A stretch of 63,103 nt of DNA, the filler included, from Octopus bimaculoides (lineage: Eukaryota), in the NCBI RefSeq assembly GCF_001194135.2. It is 4 parts of 4 records of this genome, joined end to end, with 100 filler letters (N's around TTAATTAATTAA, not from the genome) between each part and the next. Parts side by side here need not be neighbours in the genome. Positions count along the whole stretch, not along the records: positions 1 to 20,515 come from NC_068981.1; positions 20,616 to 47,692 come from NC_068997.1; 2 more parts are not named here. The stretch is one strand, 5' to 3'. The notes under the pieces were generated by a model. That model searched no databases. It was given only the letters and a program-made list of their open reading frames with translations, and was not told the origin of the DNA. Below are positions 12,508-24,878 of the stretch, in pieces (position 1 is the stretch's first letter; the number at the start of each line of letters is the position of its first letter). The translations under genes and the position numbers were made by a program.

Positions 12508-12958
12508 TGAGGAGTAGCTGTGTGGCACCTTGGGCGAATGTCTTCCAGGCCAACCAAAGCCTTGTGAATAATTGGAAACTGAAAGAAGTCTGTCATGTAT
12601 ATATATATATATATATACTGTGTCTATGCGACAGAAATCCCCAAAACTATCTATCTCCCTCGTGCTGGCCTAACCACCCTCTGCTTTACTCTGTCTCTCT
12701 CGATCCCTCGCTCTCTATCTCTCTTGTCCTCCCTCTTAATATATATGCTTGTGTGTCTGTGTTTCCCCCCCCCCCAACATCGCCTGACAACCGATGTTGG
12801 TGTGTTTACATCCCCGTAACTTAGCAGTTCAGCAGAAAGAGACCGATAAAATAAGTACTAGGCATACAAAGAATAAGTCCTGGGGTCGATTTGCTTGACC
12901 AAAGGTGGTGCTCCAGCATGGCCACAGTCAAATGATTTAAACAAATAAAAGAATAAAA
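12508..12958 (+). mobile_element. SINE family A
   Basis: GGCACCTTGGGC...AAAGCCTTGTG...GGAAACTGAAAGAAG-(TA/TG)-...TAACTTAGCAGTTC...GGTGCTCCAGCATGGCC. Confidence 0.8.
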
Positions 12959-15900
12959 CATTATTTACATTATTTACATTTGACAGATATTTGTCCTCAT
13001 CTTGTTTGTTGTTAACACAACGCTTCGGCTGATATACCCTCCAAGCCAGGTGTCTTGGGGAAATTTCGAATCTGGGTTCTCATTCCTAAGGTATTTTTCA
13101 ATGTTTGCAAAGTGAAAAGTGTGCTGTGTTTGTCTTTGAAAGTTGCCTGGATTATAAAAATGCTCTTTTATTCATATCTGGAAGTTTTACTTATTGAAAT
13201 TTGTAATAGACCGAAATAAATTTAACATGTTGTACTTTTAAAGATGTTCTTTAGGATAATGTGAGATATTGAACTTCAGATAGAATAAAGTAAAATATAG
13301 CTTTGAATAAAAGGTGCGTAGATTATGAAATTTGATTGAAGGAATGGGGCCTCGAAGCAAAAAGTTGCAATGGAGCAGCCAGTACCACATAAATGCACCC
13401 ATGCTGGTGCTGCATAAAAGTACCCAGTGCACTCTGTGAAGTGGTTGGCGTTAGGAAGGGTATCTAGTTGTAGAAACCATGCTGAAACAGACAACTGGAG
13501 CCTGGGCAACTCTTCAGCTGGCCAGCTCCGGTCAAACCAGTTGACCCATGCCAGCACAGAAAATGGACATTAAATGACGATGATGATGATGATAGTGTGC
13601 ATGTGTGTTTATCCCCACCACCAGCACCACTTTACAGCCAGTGTTGGTGTTTTTATGTCCCTGTGATGCAGGGGTTGAGCAAAATTGACAAGTGCCATGC
13701 TTAAAAAAAAAAAGTCCTGGGGTCAATTCATTCAACTAAAATTCTTCAAAGTGGTGCCCCAGCATGGCCACTGAAACAAGTGAAAGGATAAAAGATATAT
13801 ATATTTATGAAATCCAGAATACAAAAAAAAACAAAACGAATAAATAGAATAAATATGATTTTATTTACAAAATAAATATATTTATATTGTGGAGATAATT
13901 AGTCAGAAATAAGAGGAAAATATTAGCAAATCTTTGACAAATGTTTTAATTAAACAATAAAAAATTGTAAAACAAAGAAAACAACAACAATAGTTGTTTT
14001 TGGAATAAAACATAACAAAATAACAAATACCACCCACCCATCCCTTTCGCCGTTAAAATACCCTGATTTTCCACCCTTAATTCACTGTTGTTTGAAACCT
14101 TTGGGGCACAACTGCAGTTATATGTTGGTTGCTATGTGTATGTGTGTGTATATATAGAGAGAGAAGCTTACATATGTGGGGGGGTGTTTGTAAGTGTGAG
14201 GTTTAATAAGCATAGTTGGGCCTATATATATGCATATATACACATATATGCATACATACATCTGAGAGACACAGAGAGAACAATGAATGAGAGTTAACTG
14301 TATTTTTATTCATACAGCATTTTCTCTGCTTATATATATATATACATACACACACATGTACACACACATACACACATACAGGGTGTGTGGGCAAAAGTAG
14401 GTATACAGTTATGGAAAAAAAAAAAGGAAACACGTACAATACTTGTTTATCTTTATCAAAAACAAAATTAAAAGTCACGATAAAAGTATTTTTATATATA
14501 CACACAGGGTGGGCCCAAAAGTCACAAAATATAAAAATGCAGTCGGTGCAAACAGAAGCCACCAGATCATGTCCACAGACAACAATATGCAGTCAGACTT
14601 CATGATTTTTGGTCTACTCTGTATGTATGTATATATATATATATGCATAAATTATGTGTGTGTGTGTGTGCATACATTGTGTGTGCATACATTGTGTGTG
14701 CATACATTGTGTGAGTACATGCTTTTTTGCGCTGTGTACATTTTTGTTCCCTCTAAGTTGAAACGGTTTCTCTGCATCTCCACAGAAATGAATAGAACTG
14801 CTTAAAATGACTGAACTCCCGAAATGAATTAATATGGTCCACCAGTGGGAGACGGGCACGATCTGAAAGTTTTAAAACATAAACTTTGTAACAAGAAACC
14901 TATCTGAAATGCCAAATTATACACACACATGTGCGCACAGAAGTGTGTGCATGTGTGTGTATGTGTGTGCATGCGTATAATTAGGTAAACATTGTGTATA
15001 AAAAGGATGAACAGTTGTGTGGATCATGTCCTTCCCAAAGAGATGAAGCAGTGTAAAGAAATATTACTTTAGAGAGAGTGCGTGCATATGTGTGAGAGAC
15101 AATGTGCATGTAAATGTTGTGTGTAATGATGTGTTATTGTGTCTGCACATGTGTAATGGAGACGAGTACCGACTCTTCCATGTGGCATGCTTGAACAATT
15201 GTGAAGATCTCTGCACATGAAACCATTGGTTGCCTTGTAAACCCACAAGTAAACAATATTTATCCACCAGTGTGGTATGTACTTATCAACTCAGTGTTAA
15301 ATATTAGATTGCATATGTGTGCGCGTGTGTATATATGTATATATATATATATATAATTTAGAGAAAAGAACCACAGTTCCTGAAAATTTGGTTAAGAAAC
15401 ACGTGTAGTCGTTTTATTATTTTAATAATCATTACTTTATATTTTATTATTGTTCTTTTTAGTGCATTTACTTATTAATTTTTCTATATGTGACTGGATT
15501 TTCATGGATGAGTTCAGGAATTGTGGTTCTTTTCTCTATATTATATATTTATATATTATATTCTGTGAAACTTTAATTTTAATTTTTGATAAATTAAATT
15601 AAATTGAGTTTTTACCTGTAAATTTGGATTTTCATCCCTAATATTATTATCATATATATACATACATACATACATATATACACACACACACATACACACA
15701 ATGAATATTGTCTCTGTTATTGTACTGTTAGTATTGTTTGTGTTGTTGCACTGAGTTAGAGAGGGTGTTTTTGATGTGGTGTATAGTGTTGGTGTGTTGA
15801 CATTAGCCTGCTAAAATACTGTGATTTACATAAAAGTTCCCATTTATGAACAACTGCACACGTTCACATTTACAAGCACACATGTACGTGTTTGTATACT

Positions 15901-16171
15901 AAATCAACTGTCTATTGTGGTGTTTATATAGTGCCTATGAGAAATAGTGCATCTAGTCACTGAATGCATGTGTGTACATATGTGTGTGTACATATGTGTG
16001 TGTACATATGTGTGTGTGAGTGTTTATATATATATAAACAAATATATATATATGTTGCCTGATGTATTATTAAGCATGTTGCTAGGTTAAATATTTGATC
16101 ACCAATTCTCTGCAATAAGAAACTACACAGGGTTTGTCCCACCATCAGCAGCTGATCTTCGTTGCCGTTGC

Positions 16172-16231
16172 TCACATGGCATCAAAGTGGAATTTATGGG
16201 CCTCTTGCAACTTCTCACGTTTGTCCTCCGC
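16172..16231 (-). CDS. ITFG1: ITFG1 (TIP/LINKIN) terminal coding exon
   Basis: Acceptor tttccgttttctgaccAG, then AEDKREKLQEAHKFHFDAM*. The C-terminal HxFHFDAM is the conserved ITFG1/LINKIN end (human: ADDREKRQEAHRFHFDAM). Phase 0 matches the upstream exon. Confidence 0.95.
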   Translation of the reverse strand, partial: AEDKREKLQEAHKFHFDAM

Positions 16232-16796
16232 CTGGTCAGAAAACGGAAATATAGAAACGCACAAATAGAAAGAACGACAATAATAAATAAATAAATAAAT
16301 AATGATCAGTCTTTTGGTGGTCAGTTACAAAATGTCAACTGACCACCAATATTACCTTGTTGCTTGGAAACAGGTGAGGGCTGGCAAACGGGAAGGGTGT
16401 TTTGCCAAATAAAATCTGTCAACCAACTCCTTCCCGTTCATGCCAGCAAAGAAAAATGGCTGTCAAAATGATGATTATGAGGAATCCATCACTATCACCA
16501 TCATCATCATAATAGCAACCAATTTCAAGAGAAGCTGGTTACTAACTGTCCTGGCTGGTGTATGGTTCTGTCACATGACTGAGGCACGTCTAGCAAAGGG
16601 GCAAAAGCTTGCTCAATCTCGATTTTCAGTATGAATATGAACCGAGAAAGCGTGGCCCATCAATCCTTTCCAATTGCTCTTAGCTTAACCGAAGCTTCAC
16701 CAGTGAAATATTGGTGGAAAGTCATGGATGGACTGTGGCTGTTAATGCATGGCAGAACTACACTTCTGTCCAATTTAACACCACCACCCTGTCCTT

Positions 16797-17100
16797 GTGG
16801 AGGCACATGGCCTAGAGGTTAGAGCAGCGGACTCATGGTTGAGGGATTGTGGGTTTGAATCTCAGACTGGGCGATGTGTGTGTTTATGAGCGAAACACCT
16901 AAGCTCCACGCAGCTCCGGCAGAAGATAATGGTGAACTTCGACTGACTCTTTCGCCACAACTTTCTCTCACTCTTTCCTCCGGCATCTAGCAGCTCACCT
17001 GCGACGGACCGGTGTCCTATCCAGGTGGGGAACCTATACACCAATGAAACCAGGAAACTGGTCCTTATGAGCCAGGCATGGCTCGAGAAGGAACAAACAA
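16797..17100 (+). mobile_element. tRNA-headed SINE family E
   Basis: GTGGAGGCACATGGCCTAGAGGTTAG...GGGTTTGAATCTC...GAGCGAAACACCTAAGCTCCACG. A second copy starts at 58781. Confidence 0.7.
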
Positions 17101-17188
17101 CAATAAGAACCACTCTGTCCTTGGATACCTTTAGCAGAATCCCCTCTATTGACCAAGTCTCTAGTTTAAAGGTAACCCTACATATATT

Positions 17189-17406
17189 TCCTTACTGCCC
17201 ACAAGGGGCTGCACACAGAGGGAACAAACGGATTAAGTTGATTACATCAATCCCAGTGCGTAACTGGTACTTATTTAATCGACCCCAAAAGGATGAAAGG
17301 CAAAGTCGACCTCGGTAGAAATTGAACTCAGAACGTAATGGCAGATGAAATACCGCTAAGCATTTCGCCCAGCGTGCTAACGATGATTCCACCAGCTCAC
17401 CGCCCT
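17189..17406 (-). mobile_element. Full-length SINE family B with 19-bp target-site duplication, tail type 1
   Basis: AGGTAACCCTACATATATT occurs at both 17170-17188 and 17407-17425. The minus strand starts GGGCGGTGAGCTGG and has a B-box-like GAGTTCAATTTC. Confidence 0.85.
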
Positions 17407-17789
17407 AGGTAACCCTACATATATTAATCTCTTGTACTATTTCCTCCTGTAGTAACATGACTTGGAGGCAGCAATTTGGATAGAGCACTTTGTAGCATTG
17501 GTTCCAACTCTCTGGACAATGAGTTCAAACCCTGCTGTGGTCAACATTTTAGGATCAATAAAATATTAATCTAGGGTGATGGATTGGCCAAACTCGTACA
17601 GGGTCAGATAAGATATGTTGCAGGTCTGTTCCAGCTGTTTATGGTCTGACAGGAACAGCTGGAGCAACACTGGTGCCACAGCTGTATTGGCTGATATCAA
17701 CAGCTTCTGCCATGGACAAACATCAATCGGTTATGGAGAGGGGAAGATTTGTATTCAGGGGTAATTGCCAGTCTTCCTTAAAAACAATA

Positions 17790-17953
17790 GGTGCAGGAGT
17801 GGCTGTGAGATAAGAAGCTTGCTCCCTAACCACATGGTTCTGGGTTCAGTCCCACTGCATGGCACCTTGGGCAAGTGTCTTCTACTATAACCTTGGACCA
17901 ATCGAAACTTTGTAAGTGGATTTGGTAGACGGAAACTGAAAGAAGCCCATCAT

Positions 17954-17994
<41 letters not shown>

Positions 17995-18172
17995 TGTGTT
18001 TGTCCCTCCATCATCGCTTGACAACCGATGTTGGTGTGTTTACATTCCCATAACTTAGCAGTTCAGCAAAAAGTGACCGATAGAATAAGTACTAGGCTTA
18101 CAAAGAATAAGTCCTGGGGATCGATTTGCTCGACCAAAGGCGGTGCTCCAGCATGACTGAAACAAATAAAAG
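17790..18172 (+). mobile_element. SINE family A, near full length, in the last ITFG1 intron
   Basis: tRNA-like head GGAGTGGCTGTGAGATAAGAAGC...GGGTTCAGTCCC, internal (TG)n and the family A 3' half. Confidence 0.85.
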
Positions 18173-18407
18173 CAGAAAAGGCCCACGCGTACATGCGTAG
18201 ATGCAGGGCAAACATTGGCCAACAGAGGGGCCTGCAAATACAGGATTTTGGGAGTTCTTCTGCTTACCCCAACCATCCATCAAGCAGCCCCTGCAAATAT
18301 GGTCAGGAATAGCTCTGCCTTTCATCTTCAGTTTCAGCCATAATATCATCATCATCATCATCATCAAAGACCACAACGAATGTGAAGAATCATCCAGCAG
18401 TACTTAC

Positions 18408-18525
18408 CCTTTCCCTCCAGTGTAAGATGGCCACCACTGCTGTGATAAAAGCACAGGTTCCGAGTAATGCTGCGCCAGTAAGTAGGACCAGTCGACTGGG
18501 AGTCACAAACAGTCTGTTGCTCCAT
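18408..18525 (-). CDS. ITFG1: ITFG1 penultimate exon (transmembrane helix)
   Basis: 118-nt exon, AG...GTAAGT, encoding (x)WSNRLFVTPSRLVLLTGAALLGTCAFITAVVAILHWRER (human: WSAKLYLTPSNIVLLTAIALIGVCVFILAIIGILHWQEK). It splices in frame to 16231. Confidence 0.93.
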
Positions 18526-18835
18526 CTTTACATAGAGACACAAAAGAATCGATTTTAGACAAACTCATCAACAAATAAAACATTTTCACACCACAGCAAC
18601 AGAGAACAGGCTCACCACCTAAATATATACACACACACACACAAACACACATATATACCTACACAGACACACAAACACACACACACACACACACACATAC
18701 AGATACACACAAATATGCACACAAATACACAAACACGCACATACACACACATGTATACACATATATATATAACCCATGCCAGCATGGAAAACGGATGTTA
18801 AACAATGATGATGGTACACACACACACACACAGAA

Positions 18836-18886
<51 letters not shown>

Positions 18887-20109
18887 TACATACAGACACA
18901 CACAAGCTTCCAGGTACTTTCCATCAACCTGTTCCACTAATAAGGCATTGCTGGACCTAATATTATACTAGAAGACCCTTGCCCAATGTGGTGTGTGCTT
19001 GCAATCAAACTCCATTCCCAGACAACTATGCATGCACCATTACACACACACATCATCATCATCATCATCCTCCTCATCATTTTCACTCATCCACATTTCA
19101 ATAGCTGCATGAATTGGAGTTTATTGAAGCCTGCTTTTACAGCTGCACGCCCTTCCTGTCACCAACCCTCATCAGATTCCGTACAAGGTCACATTTCCTG
19201 ATGGCCCAGACGTGTTTTTGATGGAAGACAAAGAATGAAGGACACAGCTTGCATGGTGGTCATGCTTCTCCTGCCCAAACAACACACAATGTCAAGAATG
19301 GTGGGTTTCTTTCAGTTTCCACCTACCAAATCCACTCACAAGGCTTTGGTTGGCCAAGGAGACACTTGCCAAAAGTTCCACACGGTGAGACTGAACCTGA
19401 AACCCTATGGTTGGGAAGCAAACTTCTTAATCATACAGACACACTGGCCCCTAGTTGAAGAATGTGGAGGGAAAAGTCATCTTTGTAACACGCAGCCCTC
19501 CATTCTTCTGGCTGTGGCACTCTTTACTCAGCTGTTAAGGTGCAGATGTGGCTGTGTGGTTAAGAAACTTGCTTCCCAACCGTGGGATCTCAGGTTCAGT
19601 ACCACTGCATGGCAACTTAGGTAAGTGTCTTCTGCTACAACACTGAATCAACCAAAACCTAGTCAGAGGAAACAAAAAGAAACCCCTCATATATATATAC
19701 ATATGCATGTGTTCAGGTGGTGTAATCCTGTCTGGGTTACATCATGCGGTGGTTGTAAACAAGCATCATCGTCATATCAGTGGTGTTGTTTGTTTCCAGT
19801 CTTCTGTGGGGAAACATTACTTTGCTTGGAAACAGGTGAGGGTTGGTGAGAGGGAGGCTGCATCTGGACACAGAAAAGGCCTACCTCAACGAATTCCGTC
19901 TGACAAATGCAAGTATGGAAAAGTGAACATTAAAATGATGAAGATACCTTGAGAGAATCTGGCTCTAGTTCAAATAGCCAACCTTTATCACAATGTTTAC
20001 AGGAAGATTACATTATAAGTGTAATCTGCTTAACCATGAAAGTTTAATAATAATAATAGTAGTAATAATAATAATAGCCATAAATAATAATAATAATAAT
20101 AGCCATAAA

Positions 20110-20515
20110 CAAGGTGGCACCAATAATTATAAAATACATAAGACAATATGAATAAATGGCAGACAGTGCTACAGCTCCAAACAAAAGAGGGACTTGTGAA
20201 AACGAAAGCCATCCCCATTAGAAGAGGAATATTCCAGGGAGACATGCTCTCTCCACTCCTGTTCTGCCTGGCACTCACACCTTTAACTGACTTGCTAAAT
20301 AGAACTGGATGCGGATACAAATGTTACAGCAAAACAATCAGCCACCTTTTATATATGGATGACCTAAAATTATACGCTAGAAATGATAAAGAGCTGGAAA
20401 CTCTACTACAGACAGTACATGGATTTACCAAAGAAATAGATATGAAATTCGGATTAGGAAAATGTGCCAAAGCAACCCTGAAAAGAGGAAAACTAGTTAA
20501 GAGTAGCAACATCAC
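20110..20515 (+). mobile_element. R4/Dong-like non-LTR retrotransposon RT fragment, 5'-truncated, abutting (TAA)n
   Basis: GIFQGDMLSPLLFCLALTPL and ISHLLYMDDLKLYA...MKFGLGKC are R4/Dong-type RT motifs with YMDD. (TAA)n lies at about 20045-20100. The fragment is cut by the gap at 20516. Confidence 0.8.
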
Positions 20516-20615
20516 NNNNNNNNNNNNNNNNNNNNNNNNNNNNNNNNNNNNNNNNNNNNTTAATTAATTAANNNNNNNNNNNNNNNNNNNNNNNNNNNNN
20601 NNNNNNNNNNNNNNN
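20516..20615. other. Artificial scaffold-join spacer (44N-TTAATTAATTAA-44N)
   Basis: Exactly 100 nt. The 12-mer at 20560-20571 has stops in all six frames. The identical layout recurs twice more. Confidence 0.9.
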
Positions 20616-20864
20616 TATGTATATAAATATTTTTATAAGTGAAAGAAAGAGTACTCAATACATGATCTAGAGTTTTATATAGTGAGAATTTATAAAAAAC
20701 AAAAGATGGGTGTGTAAATAACAAATATATGTGTTAGTTTAACATTTGGGAAGTGAGAAAGTCTTTTACGTTTCGAGCCTACGCTCTTCGACAGATAGGA
20801 ACACAGAAATAAACAGGGAGAGAAAATAGAAAAAGGTTTAGCGGCTAACGATCTATCATGGCAA

Positions 20865-20897
<33 letters not shown>

Positions 20898-22527
20898 CAC
20901 TCTGCTGAATGGTTGGTGTTAGGAAGAGCATCCAGCTGTAACTGTAAAAATCCTACCAAAACAGTCACAGAAACCTGGTGCAGGTTTCTGCCTGGCCGGC
21001 TCCTGTCAAACCATCCCACTCATGCCAGCATGGGAGGCAGACATTAAATGATGATGATGATATATATATATATTGTAGATAGGGTTATAATCCTAGCTGT
21101 GTCCTCTTGAGACACATCTGCTTATTCCAGTACTCCAAAGTTGTATGTAGAAGTTATATATGTGTAACATATGCATAAGAGTTGAAAAAAATACTAGGAA
21201 ATATCTTTTCCAGAGTAATTCCATATCAAAACAGAAGATTAGAAAAAAATTTCAGCGTTATCTATACACCATTACTCATGTTTCATTTACTGATAGGAGG
21301 TACAAAATTGTACTTGTTGGATAAACATGTAAGATATCTCCTATGAGAAATTCTTCAGACAGAAAATCTGTCAAACGAAACACATGTGATGGGGAATAAA
21401 TAATACCAAAGATTTTTTTGCAATCTCCTGTTTTGATATATGCATATATATACATATATATACATATTAGTGTATGTTTTGGGTTGAAACAAAAAGTTTG
21501 TTCTGTTTTCCTTCATTATCCTTTTTATCATAGAATATTGGGAATGAACTATTTCCACAAGAATCATCTCAAAAGATATGTTTAAATGCCACCAATTAAA
21601 AGACTGCACCAACTTTTTCTCTCAACTAATATCTGTCTGAATTCTCCCAAAGAACCAACAGAATAGTGTTTAAATTCCTTTGTCACATGGATATGTCTGA
21701 AATGAATTTGGAGCTTCGTATTGATATCCCCCCAGAACAACGTCTCTTAGCAACAAGTCTCTTTCCCTCTCTCTCTACCCCTCCCCCATGCTTTCTCTCC
21801 ACCCCTTCTTCCCCACCCCTCTATCATGTTTAATCACACTAAAGCCTCTGTTGCCCTTATGGTCCACCTCTTACCGCCTTTGAATGTCATTCATCTTCTA
21901 TTATCATTTTGCCTCAAATATTTAAATTAATTCCTCTCTTTGACTAATAGGTACAGACATGCATAGGTGCAGGCATGGCTGTGTAGGTAATAAGTTTCTT
22001 TCCCAACCACGTGGTTTCAGGTTCTGTCCCACTGTTCAGTATTTTCTGCAAGTGTCTTTTGCTACAGTCCTGGCTGACCAAAGCCCTGTGAATGGACTTG
22101 ATAGTCAGAAACTAAAAAAAAGCCCATCGTATATATCATCATCATCATCATCATCATCTTTTAATGTCCATTGTCTATGCTGGCATAGACTGGATGGTTT
22201 GACCAAGGCTGGATGGTTTGACCAGGGCTGGTAAGTTGAGAGGCTGCACCAGACTCCAGTCTGATATGGCACAGTTTTCTACGGCTGGATGCCCTTCCTC
22301 ATGCCAACCACTCTGAGAGTGTATTAGGTGTTTTTTACATGCCACTGGCATAGGTGACATTTACATGACACGAGAGGAAATTACATGCGACCAGCACAGG
22401 TGCCATTTGCGTGACACCAGTATCTGCCACAACTGTGATTTTGCTCAGCTTGACATAATGCCAAAGGTCTCGGTCATTGCCTCCATGGGGCTCAACGCTT
22501 GAAAGGAACTCAGCCACTTTGTATCTG

Positions 22528-22564
<37 letters not shown>

Positions 22565-22587
22565 CGTTTGTATAGGAATGTATATGC

Positions 22588-22985
22588 ATCTTTTATCTTT
22601 TACTTATTTCAGTCATTAGACTGTGCCCAAGCAGGAGCACCATCTCAAAGGGTTTTTAGCTAAACAAATCATCCTCAGTACTTTTTTTTTTTGTTTTTTT
22701 TGTTTTCCTAAGTCTGGTACTTATTCTATCAGTTTCTGTTGCTGAACCACTAAGTTACAGAGACATAAACAAACCAATACCAGTTATCAAGTGGTGTAGG
22801 TGGAGAACAAACACAAATTCACATACTTACACACGCTTTGTCCATCTACCAAATCCGCTCGCAAGGCTTTGGTCAGCCTGGGGCTATAGCAGACGACACT
22901 TGCCCAAGGTGCCATACAGTGGGATTGAACCCAGAACCATGTATTTGGGAAGCAAGCTTCTTACCACACAGCCACACCTACGCCT
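22588..22985 (-). mobile_element. SINE family A
   Basis: Reverse complement of the family A head (CTTACCACACAGCCACACC) and tail (TTTTACTTATTTCAGTC). Confidence 0.8.
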
Positions 22986-22994
22986 GTTAAAACA

Positions 22995-23025
<31 letters not shown>

Positions 23026-23059
23026 TGAACTTGTATCAGGGTATGTTGCTAGATTTCCT

Positions 23060-23320
23060 CAGTTCTTCGTTACGTTCTCCTTAATCAATATTATTGGTAA
23101 AATGGAGACTACTAACTTCTCTTCTTCATACTTGAACGTTGTGTTTCCTTGGAAAGGGTTGAAGGTTTTTGCTGTCACGTATCCTAGAAACACATCGGAA
23201 AGGCATTGGTAGAACATCTCCTTGTCTGACACCAGCTTGAAACTGGAACAACTCTGGGAAAAATTTGACATGTACTGTCAGATCAAGTTGACAATGTCAG
23301 CTTGATTTTGCCAGAAGCAT
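23060..23320 (-). mobile_element. Decayed LINE RT fragment (RTE-like)
   Basis: The minus strand reads PELFQFQAGVRQGDVL, then in a shifted frame DVFLGYVTAKTF. This resembles the RT motif GVRQGxxLSPxLFxxFLDYV. Confidence 0.55.
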
Positions 23321-23814
23321 TTTGAAGATTACACACAGCAACAGCACTATCAGTAGCAGCAGCAGCAGTTGTAGTAGTAGTAGTAGTAGTAGTAAGAGAG
23401 ATAAATGCCATTTACAATCAAATTTCAAAAGATAATCTTCTGAATCTAGCAGATAAAAACCAAAACCAAAGATTATATTTTAGAAAGAATTGGTTCACTG
23501 GAATGGAAAGATAAGAAGAAAGAACTGCTGGAACATTTCTAACCATCAACAATAGCAGAACAAACATGCACTTTCTTTGTGTGCATTTTTTAAAACTTCT
23601 TTGTTTTTTCTTTTTGTATTTTTAATTTTTTTTTTTCCTACATATTCTTGACACAGTTTTTCCCATTAATCCCGCCTACCAACTCTTGGCACCGTTTCTG
23701 CTATATTTCTACATTGTATTTCAATTAACAAACTGTAAAATATTGAAGACTATTAAATACCACTCCTTCCAGCGCCATGCATTGCTCATTTTGTTGTTGC
23801 AGATAGATAAACCA

Positions 23815-23881
<67 letters not shown>

Positions 23882-23957
23882 TGTAATCATCATTTCTTCC
23901 TCATTAACATCATCACTGCTACCACCTCCACCATCATCATCATCATCAATATCTTTC

Positions 23958-24149
23958 ATCTTTTTACTTGTTTCAGTCATTAGACTGTGGCCATGCTGGG
24001 GCACCTCCTTGGAGAACTGTAGCCAAATGAATTGACTACAGAATTTTTTTTTTAAGCCTGGTATTTAATTCTCATAGTCTCTTTTGCCACACTGCTAAAT
24101 TACGGGGATGTAAACATACCAACACAGGTTGTCAAGCAGTGCTGAGAGA

Positions 24150-24189
<40 letters not shown>

Positions 24190-24320
24190 ACACACACACA
24201 CGCAATGGACTTCTTTCAGTTTCCGTCTACCAAAATCCATTCAAGGCTTTGTTTGACCTGGGGCTGTAGTAGAAGACACTTCCCCCAGGTGCCACACAAT
24301 GGAACTGAACCCAAAACGTG
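23958..24320 (-). mobile_element. SINE family A
   Basis: Reverse complement of the family A body with internal (CA)n. Confidence 0.8.
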
Positions 24321-24675
24321 ACATGGTGATGTCATATCAAGATAAACAGCACATGACCTTGCAGGTGGGGCCCAGTCTGAATTTTCTTCAGGTCGAGTAG
24401 CCCATCCCACTCAAAAGATCCTTGAATAAGGGTTAAGGATGATGAACAAAACACCCATGTTTCCAAAGGTGAATTATCCAAATCCCAAAGAATTGCTCTC
24501 AACACATGGCTATGATGTTCCCCCCTCTACTCCTGCTCATGATCAGAGATGCTCATATCGTCAGTCACCAAGGGACAGGCTCAACTGGTTAAGGTCAAGT
24601 TCTTGAGATATCTTGTCCATGGACAAGCAAGCAAACAAACAAACACCTTCGCTAAGGTGGAGGTAATAATAATAA

Positions 24676-24878
24676 TAATCCTTTCTATTAAGGGCACAAG
24701 GCCTGAAATTTGGATAGTCAATTGCATCGACCCAGTGTTTCACTGGTACTTAATTTATTGACCCCAAAAAGATATAAGGCAAAGTTGGCCCCAACCGAAT
24801 TTGAACTCAGAACATAAGGACCTACGAAATGCCGCTAAACATTTTGTCCAGCATGGCTAACGATTCTGCCAGCTTACC
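24676..24878 (-). mobile_element. SINE family B, tail type 2 ending in (TTA)n
   Basis: Family B core (GGTACTTAATTTATTGACCCC...AAAGGCAAAGTTGGCC). The minus-strand tail is GGCCTTGTGCCCTTAATAGAAAGGATTATTATT. Confidence 0.7.

Noticed and set aside
14379-14622. Possible decayed Tc1/mariner MITE ends (CAGGGTG...CAAAAGT; also about 45218-45416)
   Set aside because: The TIR pairs are too degenerate to support a call.
17790-17870. tRNA-like A/B-box sequences at the heads of SINE families A-E
   Set aside because: There is no complete cloverleaf and each continues into a SINE body, so they are not annotated as tRNA genes.
23040-23310. Plus-strand reading resembling Gypsy gag (LEQLWEKFDMYC)
   Set aside because: The minus strand gives a clearer LINE RT motif (GVRQGDVL), so the gag resemblance is probably chance.
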